64,000 nt of DNA from Octopus vulgaris. Taxonomy: Eukaryota. This document shows, piece after piece, positions 1-14,293 of the stretch. The translations under genes and the position numbers were made by a program. Below the pieces are notes generated by a model. That model saw only the letters and a program-made list of their open reading frames with translations, was not told the origin of the DNA and made no database searches. The stretch's first letter is position 1, and every line of letters begins with the position of its first letter. The stretch is taken from positions 24,800,001-24,864,000 of the forward strand of contig OX597822.1 of NCBI GenBank assembly GCA_951406725.2, in the 5' to 3' direction.

Positions 1-11
1 CAAACAAGCAA

Positions 12-32
12 TCTATCTATCTATCTATCTAC

Positions 33-116
<84 letters not shown>
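12..116. repeat. Compound microsatellite (TCTA)n(CT)n(AT)n
   Basis: Directly visible; a similar compound tract is at 456-680. Confidence 0.97.
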
Positions 117-123
<7 letters not shown>

Positions 124-451
124 GCAAGATTTTTATTGGTTAAACTGGCAAAATGACCATTCCAAAATATAACAATATATATATATATATATATATAAAA
201 AGTAGAAATAGCAGTCAAAAATGCTTATTTCTAATTTCCAAATTAGAAATAAGCATTTTTGACTACTATTTCTACTTTTTTCGGTATGCGGTCAAGCAAC
301 CTGTTGCCTGTCCCTTTTTCTTATATACAATATATATACTGAACTTTACAGAAGTTCCTGCCGGTAATCGGCTATATTTACATACCGAATTCTACCAGTA
401 AATAATTGTGGTCTTTTTTTTTAAAAAACCATTATAGAAATTATTTACCCT

Positions 452-530
<79 letters not shown>

Positions 531-1174
531 AATATACACACATATATTTAAGATATATATACACATATACGCATACACACACACACACATATTTACATAA
601 TGATGTGTATATATATATATATATATATATTATATACATGCATTGTTATATATATAATATATATACATATAATACACACATCTATCTATCGTTATGTGAG
701 CTGAATAAGGTCTATATAACTAAAACTATGCTTTTGTTTAGATGGTTGACTGCAAACACCTATGGGTTTCAAAGATTGCTTTCAAACCCAGTGTCGTTAT
801 GCTTGACTGATCTGCTGAACAAAACTACAGTTTGAGTTTATGTAATCCATTCTTTCTTACCTCACATAAATTTGCGTACATGACTTCACAGAATAACAAT
901 GTAAATTTGTAATCCATTGGCAAAAATGACAGACTGGCAGACAGATATAGATATAAACACACACATATCCTCATTATTTAGTTTTTGTGTTATTCACTTG
1001 TTACGAAAAAAAAATACATATATAATTATTTAACTGACTTGTTAAATCTTAATCCTGTTAAAAAATAATTTCATTATTAAATTAAAATTCAGATTATAAG
1101 TTCAACAATAAAAAAAAAAATTAATCAAAAAGTTTCTAATATTGTACAGTTAAACAAATAAGGTCAGAATTTTG

Positions 1175-1211
<37 letters not shown>

Positions 1212-2199
1212 TATGTTACACAAATTAAAAATTTTTGGTCTATAAATGTTGCTAATTATAGCATAATTCATAGGAAAGTTTATTTGTATACAAACAATTG
1301 ATTATTGACACCATACATACAACCAATCATACTTCTTCAAATATCGCATAGTCTGGATGAAGCTTTCATATTTTCGATGTCTCAGGTTGTAAGTCATCAT
1401 CATCATCAGTAGTAACAACAGCATTATCCTCATTCTTAAATTCACTTTTCCATGTTTGTAGGTTCTCTTTTTATCCATGTTAGTATGACTTGCATGAGTG
1501 TGTAATATAACATCTTTCAATATATTGTGATCTTTTCTTCTGCAATTTCTAAGACATCTAACTGAAATATTTCTTGGTCGATTTCTCTATGTGTTTCTTT
1601 CAACCAGATATTTATCATTCTAAAATGATCAGCTCTCTCTTTATAGAGGACACCAAAATGTTCTTTATATATATATCTGATCTCATTTATGGAAGATAAC
1701 TCTTTTCACTCACACTCACACATTGTCTTTCATTCCAAAGGGAAAAGATAAGCAACCATGACATTGGTTTTGTCAAAACTTCAAAGCAATAGAAAAGCAG
1801 AAAGTAAAAGACAACGTTTACTTGTACTTGATTCAGAACAAAATTTAACATGTTTGGGTGAACAATTTTTTTTTTATCCATTCATAAAATGTATTTAGTC
1901 CTTCTGGGACCATATTTTTAATACACAATCTAAAAGAATCAATTAGTTTTGAAAAATCTAAAGATAATAAAAATAATTGAAAAAATTGAGTAAAAATATA
2001 ACTAACTTAAGTTATTAAGTGGGTTTTTAGAACATAACTATTTAGTTTTCTTTTATTATTATTTTTTTTTTACTGGGAAAACATACAGAATAAAACAGTG
2101 TGATAAGTTTACATGAATTTATATGGTGTAACTTTACATGGAGTGGAATCAACAATTTCCTGTAATTCAGACTGTATCATGGCCCTAACAGGCAAAATG

Positions 2200-2495
2200 G
2201 AAAAGGTGTTGCTCAGAGGTTGACGAGGAAGATGTGCTGAAACAGCTGCTCTGACTTATGGGCCTTGCACTTGAAGATAGCCAACAGTGAGCAGGGATAT
2301 GATCTGGGGGCTGAGAGCACTGGAGATCTCCACTTCCACAGGCTCGACCATAAACCTGTCAGAGAGAGACTGATTCCTTGACAGTTTGCTTTCCTCAGCC
2401 AAATGAACAGCAGAGCCTGGGCTGGTAGCTGAACATACCAAGTTGTCATTGGAGAAGGAGTCACAGCATGTAGCATCTCAGATGAGGGGCCACTC
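2200..2495 (-). mobile_element. Decayed 3' fragment of a CRE-like non-LTR retrotransposon (restriction-like endonuclease region)
   Basis: Minus strand reads PLI*DATCCDSFSNDNLVCSATSPGSAVHLAEESKLSRNQSLSDRFMVEPVEVEISSALSP, then after a frameshift SEQLFQHIFLVNL. This fits the remembered pattern LxWDATCxDxF...SA..AGSAA..AE..K..KY..L...F.P.AVET.G.LGP...LFQRIS. Contains a stop and a frameshift. Confidence 0.7.
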
Positions 2496-4331
2496 TTACA
2501 TAAAATTATGACAGGAATGATTTAAATGTAAATTCTTTAAAATAAAAGATTTTGCATTGTAGAAACAGAGGTGAACTCAGGAGAGCTGGTTTTGAAAGAT
2601 TTAAACTAGAGAAACATGGCTATGGAAAAGAAAATTCAACAACTTTGGTTTAAAATCTTTCACTTTTTGTTTTACTTGTTTACAAAAATTTGAATGTAAT
2701 ACATGTAATTAAAGATGAAAAACAAAATCTTTCTTGAACAATATCCAAGTTCTTCTCAAAAACTTAGTTTGGAAAATAACAAGACCATAAATACAATTTC
2801 TGTGAAAGTTGTATTGTATAATTTTGTCCAGATAACAACTATTTGTGAAAAGATGTCTGTGCCAGAGATCATAATAAAAAATCGGTCAGCTTTTTGTTTT
2901 TTTTAAACTAGACCGAAATTACTACCTTCACCAAATAGTAATGGAAAAAATACAACTAAAAGAGAAATAATAAAATACAGTTTCTAGATAATTTTTTTTG
3001 TCGTAAACAGATCTACTACCAATACATTTGTGTTGGATGATTTTGTTTATCAGTTTGGAACAGAATATATTCAAACTTGTAATCCTGCGAAAAAATAATT
3101 TCATTATTTAAAATAAGATTCCAATTTTGAGTTTAACAATTAAAAAAGGAAAATTTAATTAAAAAGATTCTCATTATATATACTATTTTTTAATAACCAA
3201 ACAATTAAGCCTAGAATTTTGTATATATTTTGAACTCAAAATGGTGAGAATTAGGAGTAGGGAAAGAAGGGATAAGATAAAATATAGTATTCAATCACTG
3301 CATTACTTAGGTTCATCATTTTTGTTAGAGGGAAGACACTATTATTTTTGGATTTTCTAGTACTATATTTAGTTAAAGATTGCATTCCTTCATACATTTG
3401 TTAACAATGATTTGCAGGTCCAGTTTAAGAGTGGTGTAATGGAGGGATATATGGAATGATTTGAGGATTTCAATGACAACACACCCATATGTAGTAGAAT
3501 GGAAATTATGATGAAGTTGTATAAAATGATTAATGTAAAATGATGATATCTATTTAGTGAATACATAGAGGAATCTGAATAAATGTAGAAGCGATATTTG
3601 GAAAATATTTAGAAGGAGGAGAAAACAAAAGGAAATGTATTAAGAAAAAAAAAAAAAAAGAAACGCATTACAAAGTATAAATCTATTTAATCCAATAACA
3701 TAAAAAATCTTGAATTATTATTTTTAGGTAATATTTTAGTTAGAAAAATATCTATGTAAAAGATTCCATGATGGTACTGAATAAGTGATCGTTTTTTTTT
3801 TCTAAATGTGGCATAAAATATGAAGATGTTAATTTTAAGAAAAAAGATAATTGTACACCACAATCTTTGGTTTGTTTCATACTAATAATTTGTTGCTGAT
3901 GTAAAACTATTATGTAACTGATGATGAATTACTGAGTATAGTATCTATATCAATTAAATTCGTTTTGTAAAATAAAACTTAAGATTTATTCTATGAAGTT
4001 AAAAACAATAAAACTTACAAAAATAAGCATATGAAAGACAAGGATTATAGAATTCTGCTAAGATAGTTGAACTTGCAATAATATGTTAACAGCTTTGTGA
4101 CTTGGAAAAGCACTGCAATTGAGTTCAGTTAGCAATCTTGTATTTTATGGACCATAACTAATAAAGTTATTAAAGGTATGCAGTATACTCTGCAAATTGT
4201 AGTATGTAGATCTCTCCTTTTCAAGACAAATCTGGATTAAAGATCTCTTCCACTGGTGTGTATTTGAGTGAGCTCTCCAATGCAATTTTCAAAGAGAAGA
4301 AGAGAGAGAGAGGAAAAAAAAATCAGTATTT

Positions 4332-4690
4332 CATCATCATCATCGTTTAACGTCCGTTTTCCATGCTAGCATGGGTTGGACGGTTCGACTGGGGTCTGGG
4401 AAGCCAGGAGGCTGAAACAAGCCCTAATCTGATCTAGCAGTGTTTCTACAGCTGGATGCCCTTCCTAACGCCAACCACTCCGTGAGTGTAGTGGGTGCTT
4501 TTTACGTGCCAGGGGAGGCTGGCAACAGCCACGATCAGCTGGTGCTTTTTATTTGCCACCAGCACAGAAGCCAGACAAGGCGGCGCTGGCATTGACCACA
4601 TTCGGATGGTGCTTTTTATGTGCCACTGGCACAGGTAACACAACTACAATTTCCATTTGATATTTATTTTGATGTTGATGTACTTGACTT
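4332..4690 (-). mobile_element. Retroposon family C with (GAT)n 3' tail (SINE/LINE-tail type)
   Basis: (CAT)n-cgtttaacgtccgttttccatgctagcatgggttggacgg...ctacagctggatgcccttcctaacgccaacc; close copies at 21288-21525 and 35458-35770. Confidence 0.88.
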
Positions 4691-5472
4691 AGTAGGTCAA
4701 TATAATATACTGTAACACCACTGAAGACTGTCTCCACAGACTGATTCAAGGAGTGGTACACTGGAATTGGTGGTCTCTGTTGCCTTACCTATCCAGATCC
4801 ATGAAAAATTATTTGAGCTTTGCCCTGCATGCTTAATAAATACTTAATATAGAATGACATTGCTGCTTCAGATGCTAAACAACATTTTTCAATTTACAGT
4901 TTTAAGTAGACTAGATATTGAGAACAAAGCATTTTTCCAGACAAACAGAGTCTAACAACCTATCAACATGCTCAGCTGAAACTGTTGACATTTATGCAAC
5001 TTATATAATTGCATACACTGTAAAAATATAAAACTAATAAAACTGTTGGGTAAATAAACTGTAGTCTGAAAATTTCAGCAAATCTCAGTCGCTTTTGGCT
5101 CAAGTTTAACTAAAATTAATATAACATTACTTCTGATGTTATTTCTACCCTTTTTCATCTGAAGTAATTTCCATAGAAAATTACCAGAATACTTATTTTG
5201 TATATTGCTATGTGAAAGGTTAAGCTTATCTGGGCTTTTTGTAATTTTAAATAAAAGCATTTAAATCTCAGTTTAAAAGCAAGCAAACTATTATGTGAAA
5301 CTATAACTGCAGGTTTAACAGAATGTCAGTTTGATGTAAATATAATACTTAAAAGTAATATCTATATGTATTTACAGCTTCAACAGCTGGGAAAATATAA
5401 TAAAATTTGTGATTAATCCTTTAAACATCAACAAATTTTACGGTGTTTTGAGAATTTATAATGTTCATAATT

Positions 5473-5530
<58 letters not shown>

Positions 5531-5704
5531 GCTGAGGGATTAAAATTAATCAAAGGACATACTAGGTATGTCAACCTGCTTGAAATAACAGTCAAAACTC
5601 TTATTAAATCGCCAAAAATACACCGATGAAAACTACAGAAATTAAACGAAGGCAAAATCAGGTTAAGACAATCTACTAACATACATTTAAGTATTTGGAC
5701 TCAC

Positions 5705-5784
5705 GTGGACCAGTTTCTGCATTGGTAAAATAAAACCTTAGCTTCTTCAGCACGTGTTACCATGATTAGAGACTCCCAACCCAT
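5705..5784 (-). CDS. Candidate alternative first (or cassette) exon of the FHOD gene, MGWESLIMVTRAEEAKVLFYQCRNWS(T)
   Basis: acgATGG start with an in-frame TGA upstream, 26 codons plus 2 nt, then AC|GTGAGT donor. Phase 2 matches the end phase of exon 2. Locally CpG-rich unique sequence. No recognisable homology. Confidence 0.45.
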
Positions 5785-7224
5785 CGTTCCGAAGTCTGTG
5801 CTGCAACTGATTCATTTCACGCCGAAATCATAACAGCCACCGGTGTAAAATAATCTCGATACAATTTATGAGAAAAATAATTCACCATTTAATTTTTGGT
5901 ATATATATGTCTATTTTCCTTAAAAACCCAGGTAGAAATTTCACCAGTTTGTTCTGCTTAGAATTACATCATTAGGACAAGATATTATAATTATACACGT
6001 CAACAATAACCTAGGCTTGATTTTAGCTAAAGTAGTACATTCTATAAGTGAGATACCAAATCAAGAAATCAAGTTAAAAAGAAGTTTCTGAATCAACATT
6101 TGCAAAGCAAATCATAAAACGCATGAAAAAGTGGAAAAAAAGAGGAAAAAAAAAAGAAATATTATATCTGCCAGATGACTGGTTGTGAACATGCCTCCAA
6201 TAGAGTGTAGCCATGGAATAATGAGCTGAGAAAATGTCAAAAAAGAATAGCATAAAATGACTAGGTTCTTGGGAACTTAAAACTGATTTGTAACATTTAT
6301 TAATGTCAATGCTTGAGGGAAATATATTATTATTATTTGTCTGAAAGCTATAGGCTATTTATCTTTGGGGACATAAAAAAGATATTCCAAAAATCTTGTC
6401 TGTTCACTAAGATTTTATTCAGCATTAAAGCTTTCAAAGTGGCAAGAATTTTCTATGGGATAATTAAGAGAGAAGAAAATATTTTTAGACACATGTTAAA
6501 GTTACATGAGAGTGTCCTAATTAATTTATGAATAAATACAGTGAGCAAAAATAACTATCAAAAGTAAATTCCAATCATTCAATGTAACACTAAAAAGAAA
6601 ACTAAGTGACATAATTTTGGGTTGGAAAATACAAGAACTTAAATGATGTATAAGAGTTTTCAGAGATTAAATTTCCTTGAGAGCTAATGTGTAAATCAGT
6701 TAACTTACACAAGATGAATTAAAAAAGGATGAAAATTAATCAAATAAGCTCAATTTATTGAGCTTCTTTTTGGATGATGAGATTTGGACAAACAGGGTAC
6801 TAAGGTTAAATGACAGCCGAGATGATTGGTGAGGTATTCAAGAAAAATAAAAGAGAAGCAATTTCATGGTAAGAGTGATAAGAGATGAATGGAACAAGTG
6901 ACATGAAAATCTAATAAAAAATAAGATAGAAAAGATCTCCTAAAGGAAAGAATAATACTAACTAAACATTATCACATCCAATAATTCTTTTTACTATGAA
7001 CACAAAGTTTGAAATTTTGAAGGAGAAGGTTAGTCAATTATACCAACTCTAGTGCTCAGCTGGTACTTATTTCATCGACCCTAAAACGGTGAAAGGCAAA
7101 ATAGACCTCAGTGAAATTTGAACTCAGAACATAAAGCTAGAAAAAATGCTGTTCATCATTTTGGTGTGCTGAGATTCTGCTGTCTCATCACCTTCATTGG
7201 CAGAAGGGCAGAAACTTTGGTGGG

Positions 7225-7439
7225 CCCAGTTTACCGGTTTCAATTGCGTAAGTGTTCCGCAGCTTGACGGGATGCCAGTCCATCGCAGCGTTACTCATTT
7301 TTGACAGCTGAGTGAACTGGAGCAACGTGAAATGAAGTGTTTTGCTCAAGAACACAATGCGTCACCCGGTCCAGGAATCGAAATCACAATCTTACGATCA
7401 TGATACTGACACCCTAACCACTAAGCCACGTGCCTCCAC
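7225..7439 (-). mobile_element. tRNA-derived SINE family D
   Basis: Minus strand GTGGAGGCACGTGGCTTAGTGGTTAGGG (A box) ... TTTCGATTCC (B-box-like), then TTCTTGAGCAAAACACTTCATTTCACGTTGCTCCAGTTCACTCAGCTG core. A related fragment lies at 48880-49010. Confidence 0.8.
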
Positions 7440-10400
7440 TATTAAGTATTTAGTTGCACTATATTAAAATAAACCAAAGTAACAAAATGATAATAAAAAT
7501 CACCTTTCTAGACTACATTTCTTTTGTAAAACTACTCAAATAAGGAATGAAAGAAATGAAGTTTTAAGAGTAATTCATAGTAGCAACATCAAGCAATACA
7601 GCAAAACAAACTAACAAATATAACGCCACCATCCACCACCTACCATCACTACTCATTGTCAACTAATAGTAGAATAAATATATTATATTTCAATTTATTT
7701 TCTGAATAGGCATTTCAAGAAATTTTCAGCTTCAGACTTTTTATTAAATGACAAGAGAAAAAAACAGTATTTTACAGACTATTTCTTTGTTAAAAATATC
7801 ATCAAATGAAATTCTCAATATTATAAATGGAAAAAATGAAATTTCATTCAACAAAAGATTTCATTGCTGAGATGATAGTATTGTAGCTAATATTGTCAGA
7901 TTCAATTCTTTTCAATTCTAAAGCTATGGCAAATGGTTATGGCTGTTATTGAATTTCGATACAGTTTTGCTTGGTGCTTGTGCAGTGAATGATTCTATTT
8001 TTGTAGATCAACAAAACGTATAATCTTGTATATTTACTTAGTGATTCTTTCATCATTTCAGTAGGTACAGAGTAGGCTATGCTTAACTGATGAAGTAAGA
8101 ATAAACATGAAAAAGAAGCATAACTGAAGTTTGTCAAATGAAAAAAATAAAAATAACCTGAGTCAATGATTAGCAGTTTTTCCCTCACTCTATGATTATT
8201 TCTAATTAACCTTTTAAATATGCTAATACTCATTTAACTATTCATAACAGGTACACACTAGTGTTTACATGCATAAATATAATTGCCAGTGATAATCATA
8301 ATTATTCACAGCTTACAATATGGCAGAAAAAATATATGCTAACCATGAATAAATTATGCTAAATAAGCTTAAATTATGCTAAAAAACCTAAAGTTAGAAA
8401 TATTACCTAAACTGTATTATTTTATCTAAATATAATTAAAATTTCAAATAAACTTCTATTAACTAATAACAATAAGATTGTAGGGCTGTTAGGCTTTCTT
8501 CTAATATATACAAAAGGATCAAAATGTCGAAAGTGTATTTTTGTAGTGTTCAACCGTATTGAACTGACATATAATAGTTAGCTTGTATGTTTGTTCACAG
8601 CCACATTATAATATATATAATGAAATTATTGTATACAGTGCTCAGGTGCACTGTGTGATAATGTTGAAGTAGGAGGCTGTCAAAAACCAAATAGAAAATG
8701 AATGTGTAAGTGACAGTAGGGTAAGTAAAATGAATGTAAATGAAAGGATGATGTGTGTATCACATTGCTTTAATTTCATTTTAGCTCTAATACAATGTAT
8801 TACAACGTTTTGCAAGGTAATATTTATATATATATTAAAAAAAAAATGATTTAACCTTCAATTTCATTTGACCAGGTGTGCTATTTTCTACAATGCACTA
8901 GTAAACAATAACAAAATCTAAATTTTCAAATTGCTTTACACTCAAGAGTTACACCCTTGTAACTCAAGACTATTGAAAAGTTGCAAGATATCTTTCCTTG
9001 GTGTTCATGAATCATTACACATTTCCAATCATTTTAACCACTAGAGTAACTTGGGACTTATGAAAGGAAAACTTTATATAGCTCTGGACATATAAAAACA
9101 AGGGTTAACTAAAAGACTGAAAATAAGCATGGGTGTTTAGCACAGTCTTATGAAAATGCTTCAGACAGGCAAAGGGCTAAATCACATAATCTAACATTTT
9201 CAAATAAAAAGGACAAATTGAAAGACATAGCCCTAAAATATACTTTGATTGAAAAGAAAGAAGGCAGGGTTATGGTAGGAATGCTCTTGATTATAGGTTT
9301 GCACAATCAAGGCTGACCAAAGATTAAAGAACAGGAATGCAGCTGGTAGATTTGTTTTGTTTCAAATAATAAATAGAATGGTAATTAAAAATTTTTTAAT
9401 GATATTTCTTAAAAATTATTTGATTAAATTAATCTATGCAGAACTTGTAGGCTTCTATATCATCATTCAGGTTGGAATAAATCATTTGAAGTTAAAGGAA
9501 ATTGATATGATGATAATTGCTAATTACATTATATACATATTGTATTGAGTAGTGCTTTATTATTATTATTTAAACAATAATATAGAATTCTATATTGTTA
9601 AACTTGTATATATCATACCAATATCTCTGGCCATATGTAGAGAATAAAAAAAAAATCCAAACTTTTATCACTTCTAAATGTCAAGGTAACTTTTTAAAAT
9701 GGTTATAAAATCAACTACTTTAGAAATTTAAAAACTAGCATATATTTTTTCTAAACCAAAATATAAAGAACACTGTTTTTCTTTCTTTCTTTCATAATTT
9801 TCAGTCAATCTATATATCTATGATTGAAGAATAATTGAAATAGTTCATATCAAATGAATAATTATTAAATCATATAAAATAAAAAAAAGATATCAAGTAC
9901 AAATATAGTCTTTTGCTCAATCCAAATACTTTACCGCAAAAAAAAAAAAAATGCAGTTTAAACAAATACTTCTTTTTTAAAGGCCATACATACAAAAAAA
10001 CCTAATAGCCATATCAAAAACTTGATAAGACAAAGGAGTGAAAAGAGTAAGTAATAGGTTAGAGTTTGAGATAATTTGAACCAGTTTTGTAAAAGCTTGT
10101 AATATGTTAAAATAACAATTGTGCAGCATTACAAATTGCAGTGATAATTTACAAGGTATTTTAGATTTGCTGATAAATGAAGTGCATATATGAAACTGGA
10201 ACTCTCCAATAACACTCGTGACCAATTACATGCCAGAGAAAGCACGAGCAGTTTGCAATGAAATAATTGGGGTTTCGGTGAAAATTGGCTTTTGTTCTTA
10301 TTTTCCTTTTTTATTTTTTTGTCTGTGTCGAGACGGAGTATTAACCAGAAACATTTAACTAAGTCTTTAAAAATATCACGAGATATGTCAATAATTGTCT

Positions 10401-11467
10401 GAGACTGTTAACTGGTGTTTTTGTAACAAAGTACACACATAATTGCATGCATGCACACACACACATGCACTCCCTAACACCGCACATACAATCATCCTCA
10501 TCATCATCATTTAACATTCATTTTTCATGCTGGCATGATGGACTAGACGATTTGACAGGACCAGGTCCATAGTCTGTTTAGGCGTGGCTTCTACAGCTGG
10601 ATGCCCTTCTTAATGCCAACCATATTACAGAGTGTACTGAGGGCTCACATGCACATACATGCATGCACGCACACAAAGATATACATTTGGTTTCTTGGAA
10701 GATGTTTCTGTCAGGTTGCTGGGTTTTGGGGAAGGGTTGGAGGAGCAAGTCTAAAAGTTTTTCATATATAATTAGTTTAACCTTGACATGGAATAAAATT
10801 CACTTATCTCATCAAAAATATTTAGCAAAACCATTTACTATCTAATATTAATCTATAAAACTTCAAGTTATTAACCTTAGAAACTAAATTTATCAGTAAA
10901 ATTTCAGGGATAATCATTTATAAACATTATGTCAATTGGCTTTTACTTTTTCTAAGAAATCTAGGTTTACTCACTAAATTTTTGCTTTCACTTATTTCTT
11001 TTTCTCAATAAATGTTATCGTCTGTTTTAATTATTTGACAATATAATGAAAGTGTATGTTGAATAAAAATCCTCTTATGAAAACATGCCTATTGAAAATG
11101 TGGATTCGAGTCTTATTGGCAGCCTGCAACATTTCTTATCTAAAAGGGTTTCTCAACCCAATATTTATAGGTTATTACTTATTACTTATATTATATAAAT
11201 GTATGCTTCAAGATATACTATTCCACCCACCACCAAACAATATTCTTATGATGCCAATAACATACAATTCTTATTGCTCAGAATAAAGTTTCTAAAATGG
11301 ACAGAGCAATTTGAAGGATTGCTCTGGGCCAATGGTAGAACATCTGTCACATCAATAAGAGAAATGGGTTACAGTCCCACAGGCAGCCTTCAATTTTTTC
11401 TACCCAAAAGGGTTTTCCAACCTAATATTTACATGCTATTTAATTATAGCCTTATGTGCATCAAGAT

Positions 11468-11499
<32 letters not shown>

Positions 11500-12570
11500 C
11501 ACTTATTGCTATTAGTTTATTTGTTATTAGTATATATATAAAATTTATTGGACTGGTCAAGCAGCCCTATTAGTTGATAAAGCAACTGTTTTACTCTAAG
11601 CAAAAATAAATGGAATTGCACACAAGGAAGACAAAAGAAGAAGTTAAAGATATACGAAAAGAAATTTGGAAAGTGCAGCATCAGTGTGCTTGAGGGAATC
11701 ATTGGTGGTTATCAACCAATCCAAGTGGTGACAGATCATCTAGAATAGAGCTTAGAAACAGCTCAAACCAAATATCTCAATGATAAATGTGTGCATCAAG
11801 AGCCAGAACAGCACCTTTTCTATGAAACCCCATATCTCCTGCTGGCAATTGGACTTGTGGAGCCTGCATTGGGCTCACTGGCCAAATATGACTCTACAAA
11901 AGTTAAGTCTTGTGAACAATTCTTAACCCGTCAGGAATTGTAACTCTTCACACACACACACACACTTTGTTTTAAGCCAATTTACTATGTTGCTAGCAAC
12001 TTAGAGAGTTATGTCATTAGCGATTCTTTGTGGAGAGCTATATAACAAACTAATAGTAGAATAAATGAATTGACAATTCTAATAAATTGCAATTTTCTTT
12101 CTTTTTAAGTTTGCTAATTTTCATATTAGAATATGAAAATAAATAAAACACCCTAATAAAAAATAATTTATCAAATATTAAAAAAAAAAATATACTAATA
12201 TTACTTGTACATTTTCAGAGAGTTGTGCAAAAAAGTATTCAAGTTGTAATACACGTTCATTATTAAAATGATGTCTATGTGAAATTAATCAACAGACATA
12301 ACAGTAAGTATATTTCTTTTTATGTGTCAGAAAACATTATTTCTAAAGAGGAATTCAAGTATGTACTTAGAACATGACTCATATTCCATTTAGATGGTAT
12401 ATTAGTCCCAGCCATAAATAAAAAAAGCTGATACTTTAAAAAAAAAAAAAAAAAAGAGGAATGAGGCTATCAGTTGACCAGTAACTGACAAAATTTACAT
12501 ATCAGAAGAACGTAAAAATGGATAATCAATATCTCAGGGAAAGCTAAAAGAATTTTTAGGTAAAAAAATA

Positions 12571-12975
12571 GGATCTTTTCAGTTTGAACGGCAGTTTTTA
12601 AAAATAATTTCCACGTAACTAAACACTTTTAAACTTCATATACTGGTAGAATGTGTTTATAAAACATCTTTTTCTCTTGGCTTTATTGAGAAAATTCTAT
12701 AGTTTGTAAGATATTTGTTGCTTTTTTTTTTCAATTTCTGCAATTTCAACCAATCAATGACGTCTATTGAGGTGAAAACATTCTGTGCCGTATGAATATG
12801 TCCCTTGTTTAAGAAACAAATTGGGTTTATTTACATTTGTGAAGAAGAAAAGATACCCTTCCCCCCACCTCTAAAACAGATTGAAATGCAATAGATCGAT
12901 ACTAGGCTCATAATTATGGGTGACAATTTCATATGACACCGCTAGAAAAAACTGCCGTTCAAACCGAAAAGATCC
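12571..12975. mobile_element. MITE, 405 bp, 29-bp terminal inverted repeats
   Basis: GGATCTTTTCAGTTTGAACGGCAGTTTTT and AAAAACTGCCGTTCAAACCGAAAAGATCC (1 mismatch); non-coding interior; no clear target site duplication. Confidence 0.85.
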
Positions 12976-14015
12976 CAGCTTCTTTTATGTTTACTATTAA
13001 ATCCTTAAACTTATTTATTTTAAAATGTTGATGGAAAATAATTTGCATTTCAAAAACATAGTTGGTATATTGAGGATGACAATGTACAATGAAGTTGTTA
13101 GTAATCAGAACAATATTGGCAATGTTCTTCGATGGGTTCAAAATAATACAGTACTAACTTATGACAGTGCTATTTTGTATCTAGTTTACAAAGAAAAATT
13201 CAAAAGAGGCTGGGGGGAAAAATCATACATACAGTAAAGAATTTGGAGACAGGGAAATTCATGAATTCATCAGGCAATATTTTTCTTCAACTTATTTTAA
13301 AGAATATTACTAAACTGATTTAGTAAGTAAAACTTTATATATATATATATATATATATATAAAGCATTAAAATGAGTGTTTCCATATGCATAAAAACACT
13401 TAAAATTTTACTGAATAAAGGACTTAATACATGTGTACAGTGTCCAATATTTAAAATTATTTTATTGGTAGTGAATTTGATGCTTTGCCAAGTATGGCTT
13501 ATTCAAATTTTATGAATAAACCATTATTCAAACCGTGATGGAACTTCAAAGTCACTATCAGTAAAATCTTACATATAAAATGCATATATACGTATAACAC
13601 ATATAATATACATATAATATATATATATATAAAAATTATATAATATATATATTATATATATGGTAACTTCAAAATGTTTGGGACATGTGTTCATTAACAA
13701 TAATATAAATAAAAGCTGAAGAAGAGATAATATAGGGATCATAAGTGGGTTTAATATCAAAGGAGAAGTCTTGGCTATGAAACTGCTCAGCTACTAAAGT
13801 CGGGCAAAGAGAACCTTCTAGATACATACCTTTGCTCTCTTGATGACCTCCTAGCAAAAACAAAAAAGATAAAGAACAACCAAAAATGTTTATAGTACAA
13901 ATAACCAAAGGAATATCATTATCGTGATTCCAGATATACTAAAATAATAGAGAATTAGATCAGAACCATCATGCATCATGTGAATAAGAATGGCATAGTT
14001 TTAATAATAATAATA

Positions 14016-14230
14016 ATCCTTTCTACTGGAAGCACTAGGCCTCAAATTTGGGGGAAGGGATTAAGTTGAATACATCGACCCCAGTGCATAACTGGTACTT
14101 ATTTAATTGACCCAAAAAAATGAAAGTCAAAGTCGATCTCGGCGGAATTTGAACTCCAAATGTAGCCACAGACAAAATACCACTAAGCATTTCACCCGGT
14201 GTGCTACCAATTCTGTCAGCTCACCACCCT

Positions 14231-14293
<63 letters not shown>

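Noticed and set aside
861-917. Minus-strand mini-ORF MDYKFTLLFCEVMYANLCE ending at a GAG|GTAAGA donor
   Set aside because: Ends in phase 0, whereas the next FHOD exon needs phase 2; no homology. Could only be a non-coding exon, which I cannot support.
7370-7439. tRNA-like sequences with A and B boxes (also SINE A and B heads)
   Set aside because: No complete cloverleaf; they continue into SINE bodies.
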